Source: a virus
Direction: 5' to 3' (one strand)
IMG/VR virus record: IMGVR_UViG_3300025133_000032
Length of the DNA stretch: 64,000 nucleotides
Shown here: one piece after another, positions 28,344-39,900 of the stretch
Position numbering within the stretch: the first letter of the stretch is position 1
Layout of the letters: each line of letters starts with the position of its first letter
Notes under the pieces: model-generated
What the model was told of the DNA's origin: nothing
The model's database searches: none
The model's input: the letters and a program-made list of their open reading frames with translations, nothing else
Translations under genes and position numbers: made by a program

Positions 28344-30052
28344 TCAAAATATTTCTGATAGTTGCAGTGCGGCAAAGATGGTTTCGGACCCAGCGGCGTC
28401 TGCATTAGCACATTGTAATGATAAAATGTCGGCTGTTCCATCAACTTGTGCTCCTGGATGAAACCTTGAATTAATATGTGGTGTTGCACCACTAACTTTC
28501 TCAGTAAAATATCCTTCAGCAAGAATGTGTTCTTCAGATCCTCTAGACCACCCAGTTCCTCTTGTCACATTATACTCTAATGAAGATTCAGAACCAGCAG
28601 ATACCCATGTTCCAGCACTTATGCCTGTTGGATTAAGAACAAGGACCCAGTGAATGTCGCCTTTCGATGGTGCTATAATGTCCATTTCTTTTAGCATCAT
28701 TTGAACTGTGTCAATATTTGCTGATTTAACTCTAACTGAGATCACTTCGCCATATGTACTTGTTACTGCGACGCCAGTCCTATTATTAGATATTGACGTT
28801 GATAGTCCTGTCGGGTTGAACCCACCCTCAGAAACAGCAGCAAGACAAATTGGCTCGAAAGTTCTAATAGCTCCTGGAGTTCCTGTTGCTTCAATTTCAT
28901 ATCTCATAACAAGATTCGGGTTCTTCATGTAAGCAACAGCTGTTAGATTACTATGATTAAATTCGTGTGATGTTAAAAGACTTCCGCCTAAATCAAATCC
29001 GCATCTGACTCGCCCAAGGCTTAACCACTGTAAATCAATCCAGGCAAGAAGATTCTTGTTATCAAAGTCCATTGTTATATTTGAAGGGTTCAATGAATTT
29101 ACACTTGTGTCAAATCCGTCCCTATTCCAAGCAGATTGTGCGACGACTGTATCAACTGGTACTCCAGATGTAGATGATCTAAGAACCCATGAAATTGTGG
29201 TACCTTGGCCTTGAAGGAAAATTCCGTCGTTATCATCAAAATAGCCTGTTCTCCATCTAACATTCGCATCAGTAACGGGTGATACAGGGGTAAAAAAGTT
29301 AAGCATCGAACGCCCAGGCTGATAGGTTATTCTCCCCCCCTTGTTTGCCTAACCATTTTGTCACCTGATCCAGTTACTGCTAACTTGCATGATGATCTAT
29401 CCGTGTCGTGGACCGACGTTGCATTGCCTGAGCCTGATTCAACGTATAATAAGGCCTCTTTTGTCCCTCTGATGGTCTTTGCATCAAGAAGCAATTCAGG
29501 ATTTGATACTCTTAACCTAGAGAAGGCGTCAATGTTAACGCTGTCACCAAAGCCGACACTTAAATCACCATCGAATGTTAAAGGAACATTTTGAAAATTA
29601 CCCTCTAAATTTTGGCCTGCAATAACTGCCCGAACGTTATCTACGTCTGTATTCCCATCGATTGTTTGGTTAAGCCTACTTGTAAGCCCTTTTGACTTAT
29701 TCGTATGGAACATTGTCTGCAGTCTAAAAGCAGTCTGTGGGGTTCCAGATGTATTTTCATATTTTGTTCTAAAATATTTTGTTGTTGGAATTAGTGAATG
29801 GGGTGCTGAACCTCCTATGTTGGTGCCATCAGTAATAGGTAAGACAATTCCGCCATCCCAATTAGTTCCGTCAGTCGATACTTCTAATGTTAATGTTCCA
29901 GTTGCTGCTGCCGGTTCCAGATGCAAAAAAGTTGTTATAAGACTGTATTGCGAAACATCCTCTGCTGTACCACTAAAAATTTGACTGGCCGATAGTATAG
30001 ATGTTGAACTGTTGTTTGTAGAGACGATCCCTCTAGAAATAAGGTGGCTCAT
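28344..30052 (-). pseudogene. Virion/tail-fibre-associated beta-rich protein split by a frameshift at a G7 tract (29334-29340)
   Basis: ...KMVRQTR then RITYQPGRSMLNFF in another frame; DAFSRLRVSNP and IDLQWL.LGRVR.GF look like parts of one protein. Confidence 0.7.
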
Positions 30053-30493
30053 ATAATGCTCCAATCATTTGCTGATGAACGAAATATGAAAGTCGCTGCA
30101 TCGTATTGTAGGTTTAATGCTTGTGTTGCTGCGCCGTCGATGGTATTACCGCTCCCGCTTACCGTAATAGCACCACTACCACCAACATTTTTGATAGTGA
30201 TCTGATTTCCAGACGCAGGAGAGCTTGGCAGATCTACGTTAAAATTTCCAGTCGACGCATCAGCAAAAATAATCTCTGATGCACTTGCTGTAAATGTTCC
30301 CGTGATTTCTTGTATTGTTGACGAAGAGCTAGCAACAATCCCAGTTAAACCAGAACCATCACCAGAGAATGTACCGGAGAATGTACCGGAGACACTAACG
30401 AATGATGACGGAACCCTGACGATAAGCTCGCTATATGTCGGATGTAGTTGGTGTACTTACGACGCCTCGAGAATCAATAATTGTTTTTGTCAA
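30049..30493 (-). pseudogene. Tail-fibre-like small protein with a frameshift near 30432 (absent from ORF track)
   Basis: SD GGAG + TTG gives MTKTIIDSRGVVSTPTTSDI*; +1 frame continues SELIVRV..FSGDGSGLTG..VDLPSSPASGNQITIKN..NTIDG..WSII*, with ATGA overlap to next gene. Confidence 0.65.
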
Positions 30494-30617
30494 GTAACTT
30501 CTCCATCATTCTATAAATGTGACAGCTCAAACTGACAAATATAAGTATACTGAGTATACTGAGTAATGCCTATTATCTCTGCCTTTATTGCTCGATAATA
30601 TAGAACCAAGCGTAATA

Positions 30618-33332
30618 TCACCCTTTTTCTAACTTTGCCAATTCTTGTAGCGCAGCGCCGACAGAGTTGGCAAGACTTTCATAGCTACCATAGGCATCAA
30701 GGGGTACTAGCTCCATCTGTGTTTCAAATGTACCAGGAGCGATTTCATGAACTAATTTGTTTACGCCATATAAATTGTCGATAGTTGTACCTGTTTGAAA
30801 ATCAACAAAAAACTGTTGCATGTATTGTATTAAAGGACAGCCAAGTGTTGTGACAGACGCTCTTGAAGGCAAAGTCCTAAGAGGCAAATTGCCCGCCGAC
30901 AAACCTGTGGGACTAAGTGGACCCGAATCGCCTGCCCTCAACATGTGGACAGTTGATAGAACAGGTTCCTGTATAGTAGAAAAGTTAGCAGTCTTTATGC
31001 CTGTGCTGTTAGTTCCGTAAACGATCGTAGGGATATTACTGCTAATAAATTTCTTAAGTTCAGTAATGCCGCCTGCTATCTTATAAACATGCTTTTGTGA
31101 GCCAGCTTGATCATCATCTATAATTTCAAGTAAATTTTTACTTTTAGCAGCAGCTAAAAACTTATTATACGCTGCCTTGTGACCACTTGCATCTTGTTGT
31201 GCAAGATTTCCGAGTGTTCGTAAATCTTCTTCTCTTGACGCAAGCATTATTTGCCCTAGAGACTCATAAGGTGTTGCTACTCTATCAATAAAGTGGATTT
31301 TAAGTATTGTACTTTCTTTTTCGGCTGCATCCGATAACCCATCAGTAACATTACCCCCAGGAACGGTTTCTATAATAATATCAAGCATTGGCATTTTAAA
31401 GATGCCATCTTGGACGCCTGATTTTTTTAATCTAAAATTTAACCTATCTTGAAGTTGCGTTTCGGCGAGATTCGTGTTAGTTACTGTTCTCTGACCTGAC
31501 GCATCTATAGTGTTATTATATAAACCCTTTAAACCATAGCTGAATGACGTCATGTCATCAATAAAGTTGTTTGCGATGAATTGAACAAAGTCTCGCAGTG
31601 GTATTTGAACCCCACGGCGTGCGACTGCGATTGCCTTAAACGCCTTCCGCAATTCTGGCATAGAAATGACGAACTCTGATATGTTGAGTTGAGAAGCAGC
31701 ACCAGCTTTAGCATTAAATGGGTAAAATATAAGTTGGACGTCTTTATATTTTCCTTGAGATGCCAAAGGAACACCTACAAACATAGACATTAACCTACCA
31801 AATGAAACATATCCATTCTGTGGCACAGGCTTTTGAATATTCAAGGCATTTAGTTTTTCACGTGCTTTTGTTAAAAATGGATCTGTTTTTTCATCAGAAG
31901 TTGATAAAAGCTTTAATCTCTCAGTAACGACATCAACAACTTTCTGCCGGAAATCTTTTGCTTTACCAGAATTTCCTCGCGGGCCGAACAAATCTTGCAA
32001 ATTATCACGCAACTCTTTTATATCAACGCTTTTTACGTTTTTTGAACCCTTCAGGTATGTTCGAAGCTGCTTTCTTTGCTCTTTTGTTAGCGTTAATGCT
32101 GAATCTACGTCCTCAGCCGTCGAAAATAGCTGTTGCTCACCACGAATCTCTTTAAATCCTGCTGGTCGTTCTTGCCCCAGCTTCAATCTAACGTCAGCAA
32201 TCTTTTTTTGTAATTCTCTTACTGCACGAGCTGCTTCTATATGCTTGCCTCCGTCGGCGAGCCTTACAACACGTAAATCCGAAGCTCCTTTCGTAAATAA
32301 TTTCAGTTTAATTTTAACTTCACCACTCTCTGTAAAGCTAAATGATGAATTTACGATGCCATACTTCTGTTTTGATCTCATCGAATTAATTAAATCACCA
32401 AAAACATTTTCTCCCGTCACATCAGGATGACTCCACCCATACTCGATTAATAACTCAGTATTACTGTACAGATCAGGCTTAATGAATTCTGCAATCTCAG
32501 TCAATCTTGATCTATCATGCAGTGTTATATCAAGATTGGCAGATCTATACGCAAAAAATCCAACCTGGGGTGTCACATCAATAGTAAGTTTCTCTATCGA
32601 CATGAATGGCCTGAATTTATCTATAACTGGTGACGCCCTGTCAGTGTCAAAAGAAACGTCTGGGTTTACAAGCATTTGTGGTGCAGTAAATAACTCCATG
32701 CCTGACGTCGTTGTCACTTCTTCGCTGCCAGCAGATGCGCCACGTAAGCCTAAAACCAACCGCTTGTCAGTATTCGTAACACTTGCTGCGCCTTCTAGAA
32801 ATTTTACCAATGATAATGCTTGGACGTTGTTATTTTTTGATATCGGAGGTCTATTAGACTGCACCTCAATAGATAAAAGTGGCACACATCTACTAATTTC
32901 GATAGATGGAATAGAATTTAAGAATAACGACACCGCATTAACGTCACGACCTGCTGGGGTTATCTGGATGTCATTTAGCTGGACTAGTGATAATCTTTCT
33001 GAGTTGTCTGCGCCTACTATATTTGACATCACATTTTGTGAGTCCAATGAATTGCCATCGACGTAAACAGACAGCAACTCTTCTATTCTTTTTTTAGTAG
33101 CAGGAGATTTTGACGAAAAGGATTCAAGCTCCTTTAAAATCTGCGTTGATGTTAAAGAGCCCTCAGCAACAGATATGACAAGAGATGCAATTTTACCTTC
33201 AGGCGTCGTATTAACTGATGAGTCGGGTTTCACGGAGGGTGTAAGTGCATGTAATACAACATCCTCGCGTGTAGAAATATCAAAATACTTCTCTAAACCC
33301 TTTACGGCACGTTGCAATTTCTCATTGGGCAT
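30618..33332 (-). CDS. Baseplate hub/tail-associated protein
   Basis: LLIEYGWS, TLGCP..QYMQQFFVDF.TGT..DNLYGV....H.I.PG.F.T; baseplate synteny. Confidence 0.6.
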   Translation of the reverse strand: MPNEKLQRAVKGLEKYFDISTREDVVLHALTPSVKPDSSVNTTPEGKIASLVISVAEGSLTSTQILKELESFSSKSPATKKRIEELLSVYVDGNSLDSQNVMSNIVGADNSERLSLVQLNDIQITPAGRDVNAVSLFLNSIPSIEISRCVPLLSIEVQSNRPPISKNNNVQALSLVKFLEGAASVTNTDKRLVLGLRGASAGSEEVTTTSGMELFTAPQMLVNPDVSFDTDRASPVIDKFRPFMSIEKLTIDVTPQVGFFAYRSANLDITLHDRSRLTEIAEFIKPDLYSNTELLIEYGWSHPDVTGENVFGDLINSMRSKQKYGIVNSSFSFTESGEVKIKLKLFTKGASDLRVVRLADGGKHIEAARAVRELQKKIADVRLKLGQERPAGFKEIRGEQQLFSTAEDVDSALTLTKEQRKQLRTYLKGSKNVKSVDIKELRDNLQDLFGPRGNSGKAKDFRQKVVDVVTERLKLLSTSDEKTDPFLTKAREKLNALNIQKPVPQNGYVSFGRLMSMFVGVPLASQGKYKDVQLIFYPFNAKAGAASQLNISEFVISMPELRKAFKAIAVARRGVQIPLRDFVQFIANNFIDDMTSFSYGLKGLYNNTIDASGQRTVTNTNLAETQLQDRLNFRLKKSGVQDGIFKMPMLDIIIETVPGGNVTDGLSDAAEKESTILKIHFIDRVATPYESLGQIMLASREEDLRTLGNLAQQDASGHKAAYNKFLAAAKSKNLLEIIDDDQAGSQKHVYKIAGGITELKKFISSNIPTIVYGTNSTGIKTANFSTIQEPVLSTVHMLRAGDSGPLSPTGLSAGNLPLRTLPSRASVTTLGCPLIQYMQQFFVDFQTGTTIDNLYGVNKLVHEIAPGTFETQMELVPLDAYGSYESLANSVGAALQELAKLEKG

Positions 33333-33628
33333 TACCCTACGATCTCCTTAATCTGCCCTAAGTCTGTTGGGATTACTATTCTTGTCCCGGGTGGGACTTG
33401 TAGGCCCCACCCTATTCCTGATGCTGCAGCTATTATCCACCAGCTCTGTGAATCGCCATAATATATACCTGCTAAAACATCCAATCTTTCATTTCCCTGA
33501 AGTGTTCTGACTGTGGTTTCAAGTTGTCCCGCGTCCACCGCACTTTTAATGATACGGCTTGCGCTTGAAGTCCCTTGTTGCAAACCACCAGCAATAACTG
33601 GTGCTCTAGAATATCTGCGTATTGCCAT
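33332..33628 (-). CDS. LysM-like baseplate wedge protein (gpX/gp53-like)
   Basis: ERLD.LA..YYGD...WWIIA.ASGI...G..I.IP. Confidence 0.8.
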   Translation of the reverse strand: MAIRRYSRAPVIAGGLQQGTSSASRIIKSAVDAGQLETTVRTLQGNERLDVLAGIYYGDSQSWWIIAAASGIGWGLQVPPGTRIVIPTDLGQIKEIVG

Positions 33629-36600
33629 TAAAACCCTCTCTTTTTATTAGACTTGTTAACTTCTAAATGTGCCTTGCTATATTCACTATCACTTGCATCG
33701 TCGTCGAATGGATCACCTGCAACGGGTTTCGCAATCTTTCCAACTGGATAAATTGGTGCTCTATTAAACCCAGCATCATCAAGTCCAGGAGTGATATCAT
33801 GAATTGGGTGAAAGGCCATCGTTATCTGTGCCCACTGCGGAGCCCTTCTCCCAAGTGTAGTTTCCCACCTTGGCGTTTTCCAGTCTACACGCATTGATTT
33901 TATCACACCCGCTAGGCCACGTCCTGCGACCGACTCAAATGATCTAACAATAGAGTTATTTTTAGCCGTGAAGAAGTCTTCAACTGCTTGTGATTCGGGT
34001 GTTGGTTGGGCGCTATTTGCGGATTCTGCATCTGCAATTTGCGCATTTAGATAAGGTATATTCGGTTCTAGTGAACTATGATCAATGAGATAAGGTCCAG
34101 ATGATACACCTTCAGCCGGCTGCTCTAATGTAAACTCGTATGTTGTAATTTGCTTATTCGAGTGAGGATGTGAAGTTAGAGTTCTGCCTGTAATATTAAC
34201 ATTAAGTGGATTTGTTGTATCCCGTAGTGCTTGTTCACCAGCAATCTTAAGCTTTAAAACTCCTTTTACAGGTTTTAAGATTGCTTTATCACCTATAAAA
34301 TAGCCAGCTGATTCAGGGTCTTGGACACTCGATGGATTTGCAATCTGTCTTTTAATTGCATCACCAATTTTTTGTAAATTCGCTGCAAACTCTTCCTCTT
34401 GACTTTCCTCGATAACGGATTCTGAGCCATCAAGACTAAAATCTGATGTCCCCAAGCCAAAAAGCCTTGCTAAAGCAAACTTCGAATAATTTGATCTAAA
34501 TAAATCTCCGAGCCTTAAACGAATCATAGGTGATGAGGTCATAACTTGGGAGAAGGGCTGGATAAATGTGTCACTACCAGCTTCTAACTTCTTGCCCTTC
34601 GACCATTGTGGATACAGCAACGTCACAAGCTTATTTATTTTCCACCACATTATGTCAAAATCTTCTTCGTTCGTTGATACAACCCAAAATGATAAATCAA
34701 TAGCTCTTTTGGTGCTTTTATATACCATTATAGGATCCACTCTGCCAGCAAACTGCCCATCATTGTATGCTGCATCATAATTATCACTTACTGATGAGAG
34801 GAATGCATGGAATGATGTTATCTCGTTTGTTCTAAGATCATGGAAGTAGAAAGGAACGTATTCCGCCTCGAGCTTGTCTTCAATCTTTTTTGCATTTTCC
34901 GAACTTATTCTTTTGGTCGCTACTTCAATTTTTGCAGATGATAATGAAGCAAGTGCGGACGTAGCATTTACAGTGGGCGATGACAACAAGCTTGATGCTT
35001 TTATCACACTTGCAGGTAGTAAATAGCTTGATAAAGTTGAGGACGTGCGCCAAGCTAATTGCGTCGCTCCATCTTTAGCGCGACTCTTCATTATATGCGT
35101 CGCAGTATTATCAGTCAATCTATCTATTGTAGAAATTTTCCCAGAATCAGGAAGGTTTGTAGGGTTACCTAATTGCCCAATTGCATCTGGTGTTAGAAAG
35201 CCCTGATTCTCTAACTCTATTATTCCATCACCAAGACCAGCAAGAACATTTAAGAATGCAATAATCTTTGAAGATGATATAACATCCACCATCCCTAGTA
35301 ACGCCTGGACACCTGAAAGTGGTGTTGTTGAACCGGAAACAGCGTCTACTAGTCCAGAAATGATGCGTGATGTAGATCTGATTATCGAGCGTACCAATAC
35401 AGCATAGTAGCCAGGTGATTTTATGACTTTAACAAAACTGGTTCCATCAAACTCAAAGAATACGTCAATACCACGATTTACCGCAGTTAAATAATCATAC
35501 TTCGTGGTTGCAATCCCGAAGCTACTTCTATCTACTAAACCACCTCGTGCATTTGCTCTTGCAGATGAGGCGCCCATTGGACGGATGTCACGCTCTGCGT
35601 TTGGAATTGACTTATCATTAATAGGGTCAGGAGAAAATACTAAATTAATTAATGATAGAAACCCTTCAACTGCGAGCTTAGCAGCGATTACCAACGCAGC
35701 GCCTAATATTATCATGCCCACGGGTGCGAATCCGCCGAATGGTTCTAGGAATGTGTTTAGATTGCCATATGACCCGCCTATAACAGAACCAGCTTCGTCG
35801 AATACAAGATCACTCTCCAATCCAGCTCCGCCTGGAGGTGCTCCTTGCGCCTCAGTTAAATCACTGGCCCATAAAGATTTTTGATCTAGTTTTGTTACTG
35901 CTAACTGTGCTTCCCCCGGGATAATCGCAGCAGTGCTGATGCCTATGTCTGTCGGATCACCATCCCTACCTATAAATTCGCCGGTCGAGCGTAGCATCAA
36001 TGCAAGGCCAATTTTTTTCATTTGTTCATATGAAACATTTCCTGCTCCATTATCGTATGAACCAAGCCTAGCTTGTGATTTGCCGATAGATCTTGTATCT
36101 ATCGATTTAGTAGATGATGAAATTGAACCAGCTTGAACAAATGGCGTTTCGCCCGACGGGTTGAATCTATTTTTCTTTAATACGGCTGAGAGCTTTCTTT
36201 GTATCGAGCCAGCTTCTGATGGCGTTTTCTTGGTGGCAAATCCATCACCATGGTTCACTGCGGTGCCATCCTCATTTATAGATCTGCCCCCTGGGTTTCC
36301 GATGATGTCACGCAACATATCATGCAGACCCTTTTCAGGGTCTGTGATTGCTGCTATATCTTCGCTTGTAAATGTTTGACCGAGAATTCCCAGGCTCGAT
36401 AAAAATTCAAGTGATGCAAAAATGTCATTGTTGCTTGTTGATAGCGGCGCGGGTGTTCCATCTTCGTTTCTTATTGACGTTACATTGGCCTCACCAGAAA
36501 CCGTATATGCATTCCCATCCCTCTGATCAGATGTGATTGAGGAGATGTATTCTGACATCTCCTCAATTGACATCGGCGCCGGAGATTGTGCAGGTACAAT

Positions 36601-36705
36601 TCTTGTATCGGCTTTTTTTAGAGGGATATCATCTCCTCTCTTTGTTGTATTTTGTGGGCCCGTACCAGTTACGATGATAGACCGTTTTTTACCCTTCTCA
36701 GTCAC
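33628..36705 (-). CDS. Baseplate/tail tube initiator-like structural protein
   Basis: F.AFL..VSD.Y...Y.....GRVDP..VY..T.R.I.LSF, SP.IRLRLGD. Confidence 0.6.
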   Translation of the reverse strand: MTEKGKKRSIIVTGTGPQNTTKRGDDIPLKKADTRIVPAQSPAPMSIEEMSEYISSITSDQRDGNAYTVSGEANVTSIRNEDGTPAPLSTSNNDIFASLEFLSSLGILGQTFTSEDIAAITDPEKGLHDMLRDIIGNPGGRSINEDGTAVNHGDGFATKKTPSEAGSIQRKLSAVLKKNRFNPSGETPFVQAGSISSSTKSIDTRSIGKSQARLGSYDNGAGNVSYEQMKKIGLALMLRSTGEFIGRDGDPTDIGISTAAIIPGEAQLAVTKLDQKSLWASDLTEAQGAPPGGAGLESDLVFDEAGSVIGGSYGNLNTFLEPFGGFAPVGMIILGAALVIAAKLAVEGFLSLINLVFSPDPINDKSIPNAERDIRPMGASSARANARGGLVDRSSFGIATTKYDYLTAVNRGIDVFFEFDGTSFVKVIKSPGYYAVLVRSIIRSTSRIISGLVDAVSGSTTPLSGVQALLGMVDVISSSKIIAFLNVLAGLGDGIIELENQGFLTPDAIGQLGNPTNLPDSGKISTIDRLTDNTATHIMKSRAKDGATQLAWRTSSTLSSYLLPASVIKASSLLSSPTVNATSALASLSSAKIEVATKRISSENAKKIEDKLEAEYVPFYFHDLRTNEITSFHAFLSSVSDNYDAAYNDGQFAGRVDPIMVYKSTKRAIDLSFWVVSTNEEDFDIMWWKINKLVTLLYPQWSKGKKLEAGSDTFIQPFSQVMTSSPMIRLRLGDLFRSNYSKFALARLFGLGTSDFSLDGSESVIEESQEEEFAANLQKIGDAIKRQIANPSSVQDPESAGYFIGDKAILKPVKGVLKLKIAGEQALRDTTNPLNVNITGRTLTSHPHSNKQITTYEFTLEQPAEGVSSGPYLIDHSSLEPNIPYLNAQIADAESANSAQPTPESQAVEDFFTAKNNSIVRSFESVAGRGLAGVIKSMRVDWKTPRWETTLGRRAPQWAQITMAFHPIHDITPGLDDAGFNRAPIYPVGKIAKPVAGDPFDDDASDSEYSKAHLEVNKSNKKRGF

Positions 36706-36708
36706 AGG

Positions 36709-36918
36709 TTACGAGCCCCCTTTCTTAACTTCAGCAATAAATTCTGGATCGGTCATTTTCGACTCAATCATATCTAGGTTGGAACCGATCTCATCAAAGA
36801 ATGCAGAGATTAGCTTTTCTACTTGGGCCCTGACCTCTGGATCTGCTGACTTCATGATCGCATTATACTTAGCATCTCCAGCTATTTTTTCTAAAAGCTT
36901 GTCTTTATTGGAACTCAT
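36709..36918 (-). CDS. Small hypothetical protein
   Basis: Coupled to tape measure gene. Confidence 0.6.
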   Translation of the reverse strand: MSSNKDKLLEKIAGDAKYNAIMKSADPEVRAQVEKLISAFFDEIGSNLDMIESKMTDPEFIAEVKKGGS

Positions 36919-39900
36919 CTTGATATCTCCGTCGTAACAACACCTGACTCAGCAAGAACCTTAACTAATTTATCTGCCTCCATTGTAACATTTAAGTTAA
37001 TGATGAATTTTGAATCTCTGTGCTTAATAGTTAGTTCATCACCCTCGATGCCTAACTTATCACCCAGCTGCTTTAGTTTTGCGTCTATGTCAAGCGTCTT
37101 TATACTCTCGACTGTATCAGAAACTGCGCTTGCTTCTTTTACCAAGTCGTCGATTGCACCTGTAGCCTGTAAAGTGCTTGTTTTTCTTGCTTTGCGTATG
37201 AAGGCATTGTCTAATTGGCTAATTTTATCGAAAGCTGATTTTACACGTGTTACGCCAATCTTTGAGGCTGCTTCCAAGGCGTCAGGAATCCCCCTGACGC
37301 CTACCCCTACTCCGGCCGCCATGTCCTTACCTATCGACATCATCACTTTTGAAGGAGAAGCGATTCCAAGCGCCTTTTTAATCTTGCTTATACCGCCCTT
37401 AAATGGTGCTGACAACGTTGTCCCTATACCTTTGAGACCGCCAACTAAGCCTTTCATAATATTAGAGCCCAAGTCTTTCCAGTATTTAACTGTGAAAAAT
37501 TCGCCGACGTACTCCAATGCATCTTCCGCCATAAGTTTCATCATTTCGAATATTAGCCCGATATATGATGAATAACCGCCCATGCCTTTTATCATGACTC
37601 TAAAATCATTTAGCTTTTCACCAAGAAATCCAAAAACATCACCTATTAGCTCAAATGTGTCGCCCAAAAATTCAAAAATTGGCGCAAGCAATCCACCAAT
37701 TAACGGAATAGACTCAGAAAAGCTTGACATTCGTTTAAACATTCCAGATATAATATGTGATACTACAGAAAGCACTTTAGCTGCTATCTCAAGGAGTCCA
37801 GGGATTAATGTGCCTTGAATAAAATCAAATAACCAAGGGATGCCTTTCATGACTACTGCTCCCAATAATCTTTCGCCTAAGTTATAGAGCATAGGGATAC
37901 CTTCGGTTATCGCAGTATAAAGTGAAGCTAGTAGTGCGGAACCAAACTCCAAGGCTTTTAACTTTATTACACCCATATCACCACTGAATATTGCTTTGGC
38001 GAAATCACCCAATGAAGCAAGCAATTTTATACCTGCATCGAGCTGTTTCTTGATATTCATAAAAACAGCTGGCCCGAAGATAGTCTTGATATATCCTCCA
38101 GCTGCTTGTGCGAACTGCCCAATCCACCTACCTGCAGTTTCCGATGTGCCTTTACCAAGGAGACCGAATGTTAAAGTATCGATCATTCCTGCAGCAGCAG
38201 ATGCCATTGCAGCAGATGTACCTGCCCCGAACTCTTTTGTGAATGTCGGCCCGAACTTTTTCATGCCTGCAGAGACGCCTACACCAAGTGCAGCAAACAT
38301 ACCAATTAGTGCAGGAACCCACAAGAGTGGATTAAATAATACCGAGCTTACTGCTCCGGCGGCAGCAGCGAATGAAGAAGCAGCCGTGCCACCAGCGAAA
38401 GCTGCGATTAATGCTTCACCGAGTGATACTACGAGAAATGAAACACCAGCCTTTATTACGCCAGCGGAAAACATCGTTGCAAAGAAAAGAGCACCGATGG
38501 CTACGGCGCCCTTCATGACAGACGGCTCAATTTTTTTCCAAACGTCATTTAAGATTTTTTCAATCTCTGGTTGGATTATCTTTATCAGTTGACCCATAAC
38601 GAGCCCTATACCTCGTCCGAACTTCTTAAATCCTTCTATGAATTTTTTGCCTTTGCCCTCAGCGTCCAAGATGCCGAAGCTATCTTCTAGATCTGATAAC
38701 AGATTCCCGACAGTTTTTACGTCGCCTGTTATAACTGAGGAGAAGAAACTTTTGAAACTTTTTTCTACTGATTCAATGAACTTCTTAAATTCTGAGCCCT
38801 TCTTTGACACAGAGAAAAAGTCATTAAGAACGTTGACCATGTCTTTTACGCCTGGGAACATATCAACGAATATCTTGCCTACCCGTATGCCTATCATATA
38901 CGTCTTTCGAAGTGCACCATATAAACCAGTTAGCATTGTACGAAAATCTTTCGCACCGAAGACGCCACGTGCAAAACCATCAGCGAACGCTGTAAGAAAC
39001 CCAGTAAACTCCCTGAACGGTTTTATTATTCTTTCTATGCTACTAGCTAACTTTTGAACTGCTTGTGCAGTCGTTATTTGCCTGTTCTGTGCAATCTTAC
39101 CCTGTTTTTCCAGCTGGGCCATCGTTACGCCCATATTCTTTTGTGAAAAAACGGTCCTTGCAGTTTCTGCATTAAGGCCAGTTGTTTGCGAAAGAAGCTT
39201 AAGCTCCTGCCTTGTCAGCTTCTCCGCACTTTGACCCGCGGCGAAAAACCCGCGCCTTAACTCTTCCAGTCGATCAGCAGGATTCTCAGCCCTCATTAAC
39301 CTAATTGCGTCGACGTTTGCGCCGAAGGCTTGCGAAAGTTTTGCAGAGCTTATCGCGGCGGACTCGAATGTGTCAAATTGTTCGACAATACCAAGAAGTG
39401 ATTTAAATTCAATACCAAGCTTTTTCGAATAAACAGATACCTTAGCTAAAGCTCTTGGACCAAGGTTTCCGAAATTTTGAACGTCTTTAGACATAGCCGC
39501 TATATCGCGACCGATGTTCTTAATAGAAAGCCCAAAAGCATTACCAAAAGAAAGTGCGTATTTTGATGCATCTCTTAATTCTTTTTCTAGAGATGAACCC
39601 ATGGCAAGTGCTTTTCTTGCCAAACCGCCCATATCCTCTGCTGTCGCTCCAAGCCCCTTCTGCATCAGCAAAATAGCTGTGCCAACCGGTCCAGAAATCT
39701 CCCTCTTGAACATTTCAAATGAACCATTCATACCCTGGGCTAGCTTATTGACATAGTCAAGACGCTCAGCAAGATTTCCAAAAACTCTATAACCAGTTAA
39801 ACCAGATTTTTCAAGTTCGCCAGTCAAACTTTTTGCAGTAGATACTACAGCTAGGCCCGGCCCAGAAACAAGATCACCAAATGCTTTTCGAACCTCTTCA

